A DNA stretch of 50,253 nucleotides from Candidatus Omnitrophota bacterium. GTDB taxonomy: Bacteria; Omnitrophota; Gorgyraeia; Zapsychrales; Fredricksoniimonadaceae. The stretch lies in assembly GCA_013286575.1 (NCBI GenBank), contig JABDFL010000005.1, forward strand, positions 1-50,253, read 5' to 3'. Below are positions 28,611 through 37,463 of this stretch, one piece after another; positions within the stretch are counted from its first letter, which is position 1; every line of letters begins with the position of its first letter. The notes under the pieces are model-generated. The model searched no databases. It was given only the letters and a program-made list of their open reading frames with translations, and was not told where the DNA came from. Both the position numbers and the translations under genes were made by a program.

Positions 28611-30353
28611 TTATGTAGACCCTGATGGTTTTTCCATTTTGGTTGTGGGTTTTTCCACAATCATGTGAAACGCTGATTTACCGGCGGGTATCATGGGAAA
28701 CACATTGTCTTCCTTGATGACTTCCGCGTGGATAACGCAGGGGCCTTTGTAATTCATGGCGTCCCGCATCACGGATTCGCAATTTTCAGGCTTGTCCATA
28801 TGAAAACCTTTGACCCCGTAGGCCTCGGCTAATTTCACGAAATCAGGATTGCCTTCCAAATCAACGCCCGAGAGACGATTGTCAAAAAATAATTCCTGCC
28901 ATTGGCGCACCATGCCTAAATATTTATTATCAATGATGAGCACCTTCACGGGTAGTTTGTGTATAAATACCGTCGAGAGTTCATATAATGTCATCTGGAA
29001 CCCGCCGTCGCCCACAATCGCCACGACCAGGTCCTTGGGGGCGGCAAATTGAGCGCCAACCGCCGCAGGAAAACCATAACCCATGGTACCGGCGCCGCCT
29101 GAAGACAGCCAGTAGTTGCCTTTGTCAGAAAGGTAGAACTGTGCGGCCCACATTTGATGTTGGCCCACGTCTGTCGAGACAATGGCGCGGCCTTGGGTCA
29201 CTTTATAGCAGGTATCAATGACCTGCTGGGCGGTCAGGCCGTTGGTTTTGCTGTATTTGAGCGGGAATTCTTTTTTATAATATTCCAGTTCTTTAAGCCA
29301 GTCAGCGGTGTCTAAAGGATCAACCAGTTTGACTAATTCTTCCACCACTTCACGGGCTTGGCCCACGACCCAGGCATCAGGCTTGACAATTTTATTGATC
29401 TCAGAAAAATCCACGTCGATATGCAGTTTCTTGGCGTTCACGCAAAATTCATTGTTGTTGCCGTTAATACGGTCGTCCCAGCGCGAGCCGATGGACAGGA
29501 TCAGGTCACAGTTGATCAGGGCCTTATTGGCATAAGCGGTCCCGTGCATGCCCAGCATCCCTAAAGACAGGGGATGTGTTTCAGGAAACTCGCCTTTGCC
29601 CAGGAGTGTATTGGTCACAGGGGCGCCTAATTTTTCCGCTAATTTTTTAATGGCAGCGCCGGCGTTGGAAAGCACTGCTCCATGGCCCACCAATAGTAAT
29701 GGTTTCTTTTTACCTTTGAAAAATTTGGCCATTTTGACGATGTCAGCTTTATGAGGCGAGGGAGTGTCTTTTTTATATCCGGGAATGTCCATTTCCGGAT
29801 CAAGGCTGTCCCCGCTAAAGGGTGCCGAGGTAATGTCTTTGGGCAAATCAATCAAGACCGGGCCGGGCCTGCCGGTCTGGCAAATATGCCAGGCTTCTTT
29901 CACGATACGGGGGATATCATTGGTATTTTTGACCAAATAGCTGTGCTTGACCACAGGCATGGTGATGCCGGAAATATCAGCTTCCTGAAAGGCATCTTTG
30001 CCTAACATGGAGGTAATGGTTTGTCCGGTAAGCACAATCATGGGCACAGAATCCATCATGGCGGTCAAGATGCCGGTGACGGTGTTTGTAGCACCGGGGC
30101 CTGAGGTCACCAGCACCACACCTGGTTTGCCTGTAACGCGGGCATAGCCGTCAGCCATGTGGGTGGCGCCTTGTTCGTGGCGGGTCAAAATTAATTTAAT
30201 TTTAGAGCCGACTAAGGCATCGAATATGGGGATGGCCGCGCCTCCGGATAAACCCCAGATATATTCGACCCCAAAACCCTCCAGGCATTTGATCAGGGCT
30301 TCGGCGCCATTAATGGCTTTTTTAGATGGTGTTTTTGCAGCTTCTTTATTCAT
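28611..30353 (-). CDS. ilvB: Acetolactate synthase large subunit
   Basis: RHEQGATHMADGYAR, TSGPGATN, GMLGMHG, DVGQHQMW, TPP motif GDGGFQM...N..LGMVRQWQ. Start placed at ATG 30353 after AGAAGG. Confidence 0.96.
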   Translation of the reverse strand: MNKEAAKTPSKKAINGAEALIKCLEGFGVEYIWGLSGGAAIPIFDALVGSKIKLILTRHEQGATHMADGYARVTGKPGVVLVTSGPGATNTVTGILTAMMDSVPMIVLTGQTITSMLGKDAFQEADISGITMPVVKHSYLVKNTNDIPRIVKEAWHICQTGRPGPVLIDLPKDITSAPFSGDSLDPEMDIPGYKKDTPSPHKADIVKMAKFFKGKKKPLLLVGHGAVLSNAGAAIKKLAEKLGAPVTNTLLGKGEFPETHPLSLGMLGMHGTAYANKALINCDLILSIGSRWDDRINGNNNEFCVNAKKLHIDVDFSEINKIVKPDAWVVGQAREVVEELVKLVDPLDTADWLKELEYYKKEFPLKYSKTNGLTAQQVIDTCYKVTQGRAIVSTDVGQHQMWAAQFYLSDKGNYWLSSGGAGTMGYGFPAAVGAQFAAPKDLVVAIVGDGGFQMTLYELSTVFIHKLPVKVLIIDNKYLGMVRQWQELFFDNRLSGVDLEGNPDFVKLAEAYGVKGFHMDKPENCESVMRDAMNYKGPCVIHAEVIKEDNVFPMIPAGKSAFHMIVEKPTTKMEKPSGST

Positions 30354-30378
30354 AGTTTGCCTTCTTGGTAAAGCGGAT

Positions 30379-30407
30379 ATAATAGCATAAACACGACGGT
30401 ATGCCAA
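30379..30407 (-). promoter_or_regulatory. sigma70 promoter of ilvBN
   Basis: Minus strand TTGGCA, 17-bp spacer ending in TGc, TATTAT. Confidence 0.55.
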
Positions 30408-30438
30408 AGGAAAAGTACAGGGCTTTACTTTGTTTCGA

Positions 30439-30750
30439 TTATTTAAGTAATTGCGCTAATTCGCCGTTTTCATGCATTTCCGCGACGATATCAGCACCGC
30501 CGACGAATTCCCCGTTGATAAAGATTTGGGGGATGGTCGGCCATTGGGTGAATTCCTTGATGCCCTGGCGCAGCTCTTCTGAGGCCAGGACATTGTGGCC
30601 TTTGACAGGAGCGCCGTAAGACTGCAGGATTTGCACGGCCCGTCCGGAAAATCCGCACATGGGCTGCTCAACCGTGCCCTTCATAAAGATCACGACCTTG
30701 TTATTCTTGATATCTTTTTCAATTTCCTGGCGTAATTGATCAGTTAACAT
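30439..30750 (-). CDS. grxD: Monothiol glutaredoxin (Grx4/GrxD)
   Basis: FMKGT..PMCGFS, WPTIPQ, GGAD. Confidence 0.95.
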   Translation of the reverse strand: MLTDQLRQEIEKDIKNNKVVIFMKGTVEQPMCGFSGRAVQILQSYGAPVKGHNVLASEELRQGIKEFTQWPTIPQIFINGEFVGGADIVAEMHENGELAQLLK

Positions 30751-30771
30751 GATTTCTCTCCTAGACTGATT

Positions 30772-30796
30772 GTCATTCCCGCGAAAGCGGGAATCT
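30772..30796. repeat. GTCAT-headed REP-like palindrome (ATTCCC-N8-GGGAAT core)
   Basis: GTCATTCCCGCGAAAGCGGGAATCT between bolA and grxD. Confidence 0.7.
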
Positions 30797-30804
30797 GTTT
30801 TTTG

Positions 30805-31062
30805 TTAAAATCCATACTGAGTTTTTACTTCACTCCATTTAGCCGGAGTAAAAGTCTTTAAGCCTAAGGCATGGACTATTTCAAAAATATCTTTGATGGA
30901 GGCCATGACCATTTGCTGCTGTTTAAATACCGGCATTCCTTCAAAAGCAGGGGAGATGACAAAGGCCTGCAAATGCGCACCGTCATTCATGGGATCAAGC
31001 ACATAGGCGCGGGCATCCGGTATCGCTGTTTCAATGCGTTGTTTGATTGCTTCAGTGGTCAT
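30805..31062 (-). CDS. BolA/IbaG-family protein
   Basis: DGAHLQAFVISPAFEG...VHALGLKTFTP; adjacent to grxD. Confidence 0.88.
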   Translation of the reverse strand: MTTEAIKQRIETAIPDARAYVLDPMNDGAHLQAFVISPAFEGMPVFKQQQMVMASIKDIFEIVHALGLKTFTPAKWSEVKTQYGF

Positions 31063-31307
31063 TTTTTATAATTCTTCTTAAACCATTCGATAATGTCTAA
31101 CGATTCATAAAGCGCTTTGCCGTCGATGACAAGACAGGGCACCTGTGGTTTGCCGCCGATTTTAATCAGCTCATCACGAAATGCAGGGTTTTCATGGGTG
31201 TCCTTCATGGGTACCTTGATCCCCTCTTTGCTCAAGAATTCCCGCACCCGTTGGCAATAGGGACAGGCCATAAAGTGATATAAAGTAAGCGTAGGCACGG
31301 GAATCAT
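31059..31307 (-). CDS. Dithiol glutaredoxin-family protein
   Basis: CPYC active site, QVPCL, LYES. Confidence 0.9.
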   Translation of the reverse strand: MIPVPTLTLYHFMACPYCQRVREFLSKEGIKVPMKDTHENPAFRDELIKIGGKPQVPCLVIDGKALYESLDIIEWFKKNYKK

Positions 31308-32239
31308 TTTATCAATTTTTCCACAAAATCAATGACTTTTTCTTCCAGCTTCAGGTTATATAAGCGGTTCATTTCCTGCAGGCAGGTGGGGGAGGTGACA
31401 TTGACTTCGATCAAATAATCTCCCAGGATATCGATCCCCACAAAATAAAGGCCGAGTTTCTGTAAATGGGGCCTGAGAATACCCACGATTTTTCTATCGT
31501 TCGCGTTGACCGTGGCAGGCATGGCTTTGCCCCCGGCAAAGAAATTATTGCGATGCTCGCCCTCTTCATGCAGGCGCAGCACAGCACCCAGGATTTTTCC
31601 ATCCAATAGCAGGATGCGCTTGTCGCCTTTTTTGGATTCAGGGATATATTTTTGGACGATGATGGCTTTGTTGTAACGGTCAGACAGGGTTTCCAGGATA
31701 ACGTTGGTATTGGTGCTTCCCTTTTCAATATGGAAAACATTTTGTCCGCCGAAGCCGTCAGTGGGCTTGGCAATGACGTTTTTATGTTTGGCGATAAAAT
31801 CCGTCAAATCTTCCTTATTGGCGGAGATGATGGTGGGAGGCGTGATTTTTTTAAATTGGCTGGCCCACACTTTTTCATTAACGGTGCGTATCCCCGAGGG
31901 GCTATTAATAACGGCGATACGCCCGGGCAAATGGTCAAGGAGCCAGGTGTTCATCAAATATTGCTCATCAAACGGAGGGTCAGGCCGTACAAAGACGGCA
32001 TGGATATCGTCCTGGCTTAAATGCGCGGTATGCTCTTCTTTAAAGGGCATATGGGCAACTGCCTGAGGGATGACCTTGATGGCATGAAAACAGACCTTTC
32101 CTTCAATGAGGCTGATGCCGTCCTTGGGCAGATAATAGACTTCATGGCCGCGGGCATGGGCACCTAACATCATCATCAACGTGGTGTCTTTTTCAAATAT
32201 GACGGTTTCCAGAGGGTCCATTAAAAAGACGAACTTCAT
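31304..32239 (-). CDS. gshB: Glutathione synthetase
   Basis: FLMDP, RPDPPFD, NEK, KP.DG.GG, GDKRI, FVGID, EVNVTSPTC. Confidence 0.95.
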   Translation of the reverse strand: MKFVFLMDPLETVIFEKDTTLMMMLGAHARGHEVYYLPKDGISLIEGKVCFHAIKVIPQAVAHMPFKEEHTAHLSQDDIHAVFVRPDPPFDEQYLMNTWLLDHLPGRIAVINSPSGIRTVNEKVWASQFKKITPPTIISANKEDLTDFIAKHKNVIAKPTDGFGGQNVFHIEKGSTNTNVILETLSDRYNKAIIVQKYIPESKKGDKRILLLDGKILGAVLRLHEEGEHRNNFFAGGKAMPATVNANDRKIVGILRPHLQKLGLYFVGIDILGDYLIEVNVTSPTCLQEMNRLYNLKLEEKVIDFVEKLIK

Positions 32240-33525
32240 GGCAGTTTACTCTCCAATTCTTTGATTTCACGGCCTGCGGCAACACCGGCGATGCGCCCCA
32301 GGATCCGGTAAATATCAAAAATATTCAAATTATGTTCAATGCCGCAGTCTTTGCCGTATTTATCCAAATGCGGGCACATTTTTTGAAAAGCCATGCCGCC
32401 GGGAGAATTCAGGTTTTCCCGTGAGCCCTTGGTTTCATGGTAGCGGTAAAAGCCGCCGACGAAATTATTATCAATTTGATAGACGCAGACCTCGCAAGGG
32501 TGTCCCTCGATGCGGTGGATGGTAGGCACGCCTTCCTGCAGGAGAAAATGCGTGATGTTCTGCGCATCCTTGCCATGCACCAGGTCATTGCGTTTTTTGC
32601 GGTTTAATTCCAGGATTTGCCGGGGGTCTTCGATAGGCACGACCCCAAGGCCATAGGTGCCGGAATCAGATTTAATAAATATAAACGGCTTGCTGTCAAC
32701 ATTGTGTTCGTTGTATTTGTTCTGGATTTCTTCAAAGAGTTTGACGCCTGCTGTATAGAGGCGTTGCTGGTCAGCTTCGTTATTGACATCCACATGGTTT
32801 ACAACCTCATAAAGGCAGGAAAATTGCCAGGGGTCAATGCCGACAATCTGGGCAAATTCTTTGACCAGGGCATTGGCCTGGCGAAAATGTTCAGACTTAA
32901 GACGCGCATGCCAGCCTGCATGGATTGAAGGGACGATCGGGATTTTAATGTCTTTCAGCACTTCCGGAATCCCGGCGGAGAGATCATTATTCATGATGAT
33001 CAGATCAAAGTCTGCCTGGCCCTGTTTGATTTTTTCCAAAACACGTTTGACGCAATAGACTTTAACGATCTGGCCCGTGGCGGTTTCCAGTTCCACGGCG
33101 CTGGCAGCCTGGGCGCAGAAAGAAGGTTCATTAATAAAGAAGGTGGCGATTTTGGCGGAAAAGCCTGCCTTGGTGATGATCTCCTGCAGGATACGGACAT
33201 TCTCCAAATACCAGGTATTACGCGTATGCTCTTCGGCGACAATTAAAATATTGGTGGCCTTAGGCACGCGCGTAAGGATGGCTTTTTTAATGAGGGATTC
33301 AGCATCTGCCAAACCATGCTCGCAGAGATTATTAAAGCCTGCAGGGAAAAGATTGGTGTCAACCACCGCGATCTTAAAGCCCGCATCACGGATATCTACC
33401 GATGTGTAAAAGGGGGTATAGGTCTTTTCATAGGACAAGAGCCATTGATGGATCTGTCCCTGCCGGCGATGGATGCAGGGCACGCAGATGGCCTGCGAGA
33501 AATTTTGATTTACCGTTAATTTCAT
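32236..33525 (-). CDS. gshA: Glutamate-cysteine ligase (GshA family)
   Basis: PFYTSVDIRDAGFKIAVVDTNLFPAGFNNL, EEHTRN..YLEN, KSDSGTYGLG, QEGVPT, ENLNSPG; coupled to gshB. Confidence 0.9.
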   Translation of the reverse strand: MKLTVNQNFSQAICVPCIHRRQGQIHQWLLSYEKTYTPFYTSVDIRDAGFKIAVVDTNLFPAGFNNLCEHGLADAESLIKKAILTRVPKATNILIVAEEHTRNTWYLENVRILQEIITKAGFSAKIATFFINEPSFCAQAASAVELETATGQIVKVYCVKRVLEKIKQGQADFDLIIMNNDLSAGIPEVLKDIKIPIVPSIHAGWHARLKSEHFRQANALVKEFAQIVGIDPWQFSCLYEVVNHVDVNNEADQQRLYTAGVKLFEEIQNKYNEHNVDSKPFIFIKSDSGTYGLGVVPIEDPRQILELNRKKRNDLVHGKDAQNITHFLLQEGVPTIHRIEGHPCEVCVYQIDNNFVGGFYRYHETKGSRENLNSPGGMAFQKMCPHLDKYGKDCGIEHNLNIFDIYRILGRIAGVAAGREIKELESKLP

Positions 33526-33531
33526 GTTTCA

Positions 33532-33561
33532 TAGTATAATACTAAATCATGATTAAAGCAA
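33532..33561. promoter_or_regulatory. Overlapping divergent promoters of gshA and bolA
   Basis: Palindrome TAGTAT-A-ATACTA gives TATAAT on + (33535-33540) and TATACT on - (33533-33538); minus -35 TTGCTT (33556-33561) at 17 bp. Confidence 0.6.
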
Positions 33562-33797
33562 AGATTGAACAGTTGCTCACGGGAGCTTTTAAGCCTGTGT
33601 TTTTGCAGGTCGTGGATGAGAGCCATAAACATGCCGGGCACGCAGGGGCCTCCCAAGGCGGCCATTATCAAGTCACCATCGTGTCCAAGTCTTTTGAAGG
33701 CAAAAAGCCTTTGGAAAGCCACCGCATGGTATATCAGGCCCTTGAGCCCGTCAAATCATCCATCCATGCGCTGGCTATAAAAGTCAGGGCTGTCTAA
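33549..33797 (+). CDS. bolA: BolA-family protein
   Basis: VVDESHKHAGH, HYQVTIVSKSFEG, HRMVY, IHALAI. Confidence 0.92.
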   Translation: MIKAKIEQLLTGAFKPVFLQVVDESHKHAGHAGASQGGHYQVTIVSKSFEGKKPLESHRMVYQALEPVKSSIHALAIKVRAV

Positions 33798-35181
33798 TTT
33801 GATCATTTTTCTCTAAAGCGGTTTTTGCTTTTCTGGCGGCGTTGCGGACGATTTCCGGTAATGCCGGGTGAATATAAATGGTGCGCAGCATATCATCAAG
33901 GGTGGCGTTCATATTCATGTAAGCGATGATCATGTGGACCATGTCGGAGGCTTCAGGCCCTATGATATGCCCGCCTAGTATTTTGCGGCTTTTTCGGTCA
34001 ACCAGGATTTTACAAAAACCATGGTCAGAGAGCAGGGCCATGCCCATGGCTGAGCTTTTGTAGGGATTTAGCCCGACGGCATAATCAATGCCTTTGGTTT
34101 TTAACTCTTCTTCGGTCGCTCCGACACCAGCCACTTGCGGATGGGTGAAAACCGCATGGGGCATAGGGGGATAATGGATGGGGCTTCGGGTCTTGCCGCC
34201 AAACACATAATCAAAAAGATATTCGCCTTCAAAATTAACGCTGTGACGGAAAAAATATTTGCCGATGCAGTCGCCTAAGGCAAAGACGCCCCCGACGCTT
34301 GTTTCCAGGTATTCATTGACCTTGATGAAATTGCCGGGCTGCAATTCAATGTCCGTGTTTATTAAATCCAGTGTATCCGCGTTGGACGTAATACCTGTGG
34401 CGATTAACAAGGTTTCTGCGCTGACAGAAAGATTTTTTCCGTCCTGAGTATAATGTACGGTAAAGGTGTTATGGCTGTATTCGACCTTTGTCGGGATGGC
34501 CCCCAGACGAAGATCATGGTAGCGGCTGAAGACTTTTTGAAATTCTGCGGCTATCTCGGCGTCCTGGGCGCGTAAAAGTTTTGAGCGCACTAAAAAAGTG
34601 GTCTTGGTCCCTAAAGCCCCGTACGCATGGCCCAGCTCACAGCCAATGTAACCGCCGCCGATGATTATCATTGACGGGGGAAGGGTGGTATTGCGCAGGG
34701 CTTCGGTGGATGTCATATAGGGCGTGCCGGCCAGTCCCGGAATATCAGGAATGGTGGGGCGCGTGCCTACGGCGATAAATATTTTATCCGCAGTGATCTG
34801 TTCATTATTGATTTCAATAATATTATTATCGACAAATTTAGCGCAGCCCTGATAAAGGCTGATATTAGGGTGTTTTTTGTAGCTTGATTGGATTTTGTCA
34901 GAATCCGAATCTACTGTTTGAGAGATGCGGTTAACGAGCTTGGCAAAATCAACGCTGAATTGCGGATTGTTATGGATGTCAAAGCGGTGGGCTTCCTTGA
35001 TTTCAACGGCCACATCCGCCGGGTGAATAAGCATTTTGGAGGGGATGCAGCCGCGGTTTAGGCAGGTACCGCCCAAGCGGTCTTTTTCAATGACCGCGAC
35101 TTTAAGCCCCATGGAAGCCGCCGGAGAAGAAATTTTGGCCCCGCCGCCGGAGCCGATGGTGATGATATCAAATTTTTTCAT
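33784..35181 (-). CDS. Class-I pyridine nucleotide-disulfide oxidoreductase (mycothione-reductase-like C-terminus)
   Basis: GGTCLNRGCIPSK, GGGYIG, LVRSKLLR, IHPALPE. Confidence 0.9.
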   Translation of the reverse strand: MKKFDIITIGSGGGAKISSPAASMGLKVAVIEKDRLGGTCLNRGCIPSKMLIHPADVAVEIKEAHRFDIHNNPQFSVDFAKLVNRISQTVDSDSDKIQSSYKKHPNISLYQGCAKFVDNNIIEINNEQITADKIFIAVGTRPTIPDIPGLAGTPYMTSTEALRNTTLPPSMIIIGGGYIGCELGHAYGALGTKTTFLVRSKLLRAQDAEIAAEFQKVFSRYHDLRLGAIPTKVEYSHNTFTVHYTQDGKNLSVSAETLLIATGITSNADTLDLINTDIELQPGNFIKVNEYLETSVGGVFALGDCIGKYFFRHSVNFEGEYLFDYVFGGKTRSPIHYPPMPHAVFTHPQVAGVGATEEELKTKGIDYAVGLNPYKSSAMGMALLSDHGFCKILVDRKSRKILGGHIIGPEASDMVHMIIAYMNMNATLDDMLRTIYIHPALPEIVRNAARKAKTALEKNDQIRQP

Positions 35182-36145
35182 GGACCGATGATTCCTCTAA
35201 ATATTTCTGCAGTCGCCCAATCACTTGCTCCATCATCATATATTGCATCAATTCGCTCCTGACCGGCGCGATATTGGGTAATCCTTTAAGGTAGCCCACA
35301 TAATGTTTGCGGAAGGTCACAACGCCGTATTTTTCACCTTTGTACTGCACGTTTAATTTCAAATGTTCGATGCAGGTCTGGATTTTTTCTTCAATGCTTG
35401 GCTCCGGCATGTGTTCGCCGGTTTTGAGGAAATATTTGGTTTGCTTAAATATCCAGGGATTGGCAATGGCGCCCCGGCCGATCATGACACCGTCGCAGCC
35501 GGTCTCCAGCATGGCCTGGGCATCTTCGGGGCAGGTGATGTCTCCGTTTCCGATGACAGGGATGCTGATGGTTTTTTTAATTTTTTCGAGCCAGGACCAG
35601 TCCGCAAATCCGCTGTGCGCCTGCGAACGCGTGCGGCAATGCAGGGTCAGGGCCTTGGCGCCGGCCGCTTCCACCATTTTAGCAACGTCCAATATAACAA
35701 TGCTTTGATCGTCCCAGCCCAGGCGGGTCTTGACTGTTACAGGCAATTTTGTGCCTTTGACCGTGGCCTTGACGATTTGCTCAAAAAGGGGAAGGTCCCT
35801 CAAAAGCCCGGCGCCTTCATTACGGGCCACATGGTTTTTGACCCAACAGCCGCAATTAACATCAATAAAGTCAGGCTTTAATTTTTCAATAACTTCAGCC
35901 GCACCTGCCATGGCCTCAGGCCGCCCGCCAAAAATTTGAATGGATACCGGACGCTCTTCTTCGGCGATCTGGATTTTTTCCATGATGCGCGGGATGTCGC
36001 GGATAATGCCCTCGGAAGAAGTGAATTCCGTGTACACGATGTCCGCCCCCAAACGCTTGCAAATCAAACGAAAAGGCAGTTCGGTGACATCTTCCATGGG
36101 GGCCAGACAAAGCGGTTTATCAATATCAATGGGTCCGATACGCAT
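35168..36145 (-). CDS. dusB: tRNA-dihydrouridine synthase B
   Basis: LAPMEDVT, IDVNCGC, PVTVKTRLGW, LHCRTR, GNGDI, GVMIGRGA..NPWIF. Confidence 0.92.
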   Translation of the reverse strand: MRIGPIDIDKPLCLAPMEDVTELPFRLICKRLGADIVYTEFTSSEGIIRDIPRIMEKIQIAEEERPVSIQIFGGRPEAMAGAAEVIEKLKPDFIDVNCGCWVKNHVARNEGAGLLRDLPLFEQIVKATVKGTKLPVTVKTRLGWDDQSIVILDVAKMVEAAGAKALTLHCRTRSQAHSGFADWSWLEKIKKTISIPVIGNGDITCPEDAQAMLETGCDGVMIGRGAIANPWIFKQTKYFLKTGEHMPEPSIEEKIQTCIEHLKLNVQYKGEKYGVVTFRKHYVGYLKGLPNIAPVRSELMQYMMMEQVIGRLQKYLEESSVHEKI

Positions 36146-36153
36146 AAGCGCCC

Positions 36154-36222
36154 ATTATAGCTGAATAATTTTTAGATGCAACCTTGCCTTTTTATTGCCT
36201 TTTGAGAGCTTTAGTTTATAAT
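36154..36222. promoter_or_regulatory. Back-to-back promoters for dusB (-) and the YbiB-like gene (+)
   Basis: Minus strand TTGCAT-N16-TATAAT (36181 to 36154); plus strand TTGCCT-N16-TATAAT (36195-36222). Each -10 lies 8 nt from its ATG. Confidence 0.6.
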
Positions 36223-36230
36223 CAAAACTT

Positions 36231-37463
36231 ATGGCCATTGTTTTAGACCCTAACGAACCTGCGATTAACCGCGGCATCAAGACTGTTGGCATCGGGAAAA
36301 AAGGAAGTAAAGCGCTGTCGCCTGAATTGGCTTTGGAAATAGTCGACGATTTAAAATCAGGCAAGGTAAGTGACGCTGCCAGGGGCGCTTTTTTTGCCGG
36401 TTTATGCGCCAAAGGCATAGAACCCCAGGAAAAAATTTTGGAACAGGTTTTTTCTGCGGATACCATTGCCTCTGATGCTTCGCCATTCGTCCAGTGGATA
36501 TGTGCCCAATTGCTTTGCGGGCATACTTTGGACAAACATACGGCTTATGATTTAGGAAAATTCCTGTTTTCCGGTGAACCGGGTGATGCGGCCCGGGGCT
36601 GGGTGGCGAGTTTCTTACGGGTACGCTATGAAACCGACGATGAATATGAAGGCCTTTTGCAGGCGATGGATGAAACCCTTGAACCTGCTTTTAAAATCCC
36701 AACACCCAAAGGTGAGCCCATTATCCAGATCGCCGAGCCATTTGACGGTGTGGACCATTCGTATATGATAACACCCTTGGTCGGGCGCAGTTTGCAGGCG
36801 CAGGGCTATCGCGTGGTGCATCAGGTGGGCCGCAACAGCGGGCCTAAATCAGAGATGAATTTGTGGGACATTGTCCAAGCTCTGGGGCTGAAAGCTGCCT
36901 TAAGTAATTCTGATGTGGGCTTGGATAAACCGGCCTTTGGCTGGTTTTTTCATCAGTCCATGATGTCCAGGGCTTTGGACCGTTGGGTGGATTTGCGCCA
37001 TCAAATCATCAAACGCCCGTTTTTAGCAACACTTGAAAGATTTATCAATCCCTTAAAAGCAGACATTTTGGTTGCTTCAGCTTTTCATCCGCCCTATGGT
37101 GAAAAAATGATGACAGTGGCTGAGCGCGCCGGGTTTAAGGGTATCATTATCGTGCGCAATGGCATTGAGGGGACGATCGCTTTCCCATTGTTGCGGGGTG
37201 TTAAAATTTTAATGTCCGCTAAACAGCAAGACGGAAGTTTCCGGCGCCATGAATTGATCATTGAAAACGCTCCTGTTGTTGATACGGAAGAAATGATTGA
37301 AAAGCCCAAGGCCATCGATAACGCCAGGCTTATTGAGAATTTTGTTAAAGAAGGTGCGTCGGCCGGCCAAGGAACAGGGAATATAAAACACTTTGATTTG
37401 CGTGTTAAAATGACTTGTGAAGGATTAAATCAGGCCTTGGCGTGGTTGAAAGAAAATACATGA
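36231..37463 (+). CDS. Anthranilate phosphoribosyltransferase-like (YbiB / glycosyltransferase family 3) protein
   Basis: IKTVGIGKKGSKAL, ARGAFFAGL, EPFDG, GPK, LRHQIIKRPFLATLE, FHPPY, GIEG. Lacks the DxxGTGGD motif of true TrpD. Confidence 0.7.
   Translation: MAIVLDPNEPAINRGIKTVGIGKKGSKALSPELALEIVDDLKSGKVSDAARGAFFAGLCAKGIEPQEKILEQVFSADTIASDASPFVQWICAQLLCGHTLDKHTAYDLGKFLFSGEPGDAARGWVASFLRVRYETDDEYEGLLQAMDETLEPAFKIPTPKGEPIIQIAEPFDGVDHSYMITPLVGRSLQAQGYRVVHQVGRNSGPKSEMNLWDIVQALGLKAALSNSDVGLDKPAFGWFFHQSMMSRALDRWVDLRHQIIKRPFLATLERFINPLKADILVASAFHPPYGEKMMTVAERAGFKGIIIVRNGIEGTIAFPLLRGVKILMSAKQQDGSFRRHELIIENAPVVDTEEMIEKPKAIDNARLIENFVKEGASAGQGTGNIKHFDLRVKMTCEGLNQALAWLKENT

Noticed and set aside
30354-30438. 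ilv leader peptide / attenuator upstream of ilvB
   Set aside because: The predicted promoter leaves only about 20 nt of leader, with no Ile/Leu/Val-rich mini-ORF or terminator.
33784-35181. Calling the reductase lpdA or merA
   Set aside because: It lacks the acidic NAD-specificity residue and HPTLSE of Lpd, lacks the C-terminal Cys-Cys pair of MerA, and has no matching operon context.
36231-37463. Calling this gene trpD
   Set aside because: There is no GTGGD PRPP-binding motif and no other trp genes nearby.
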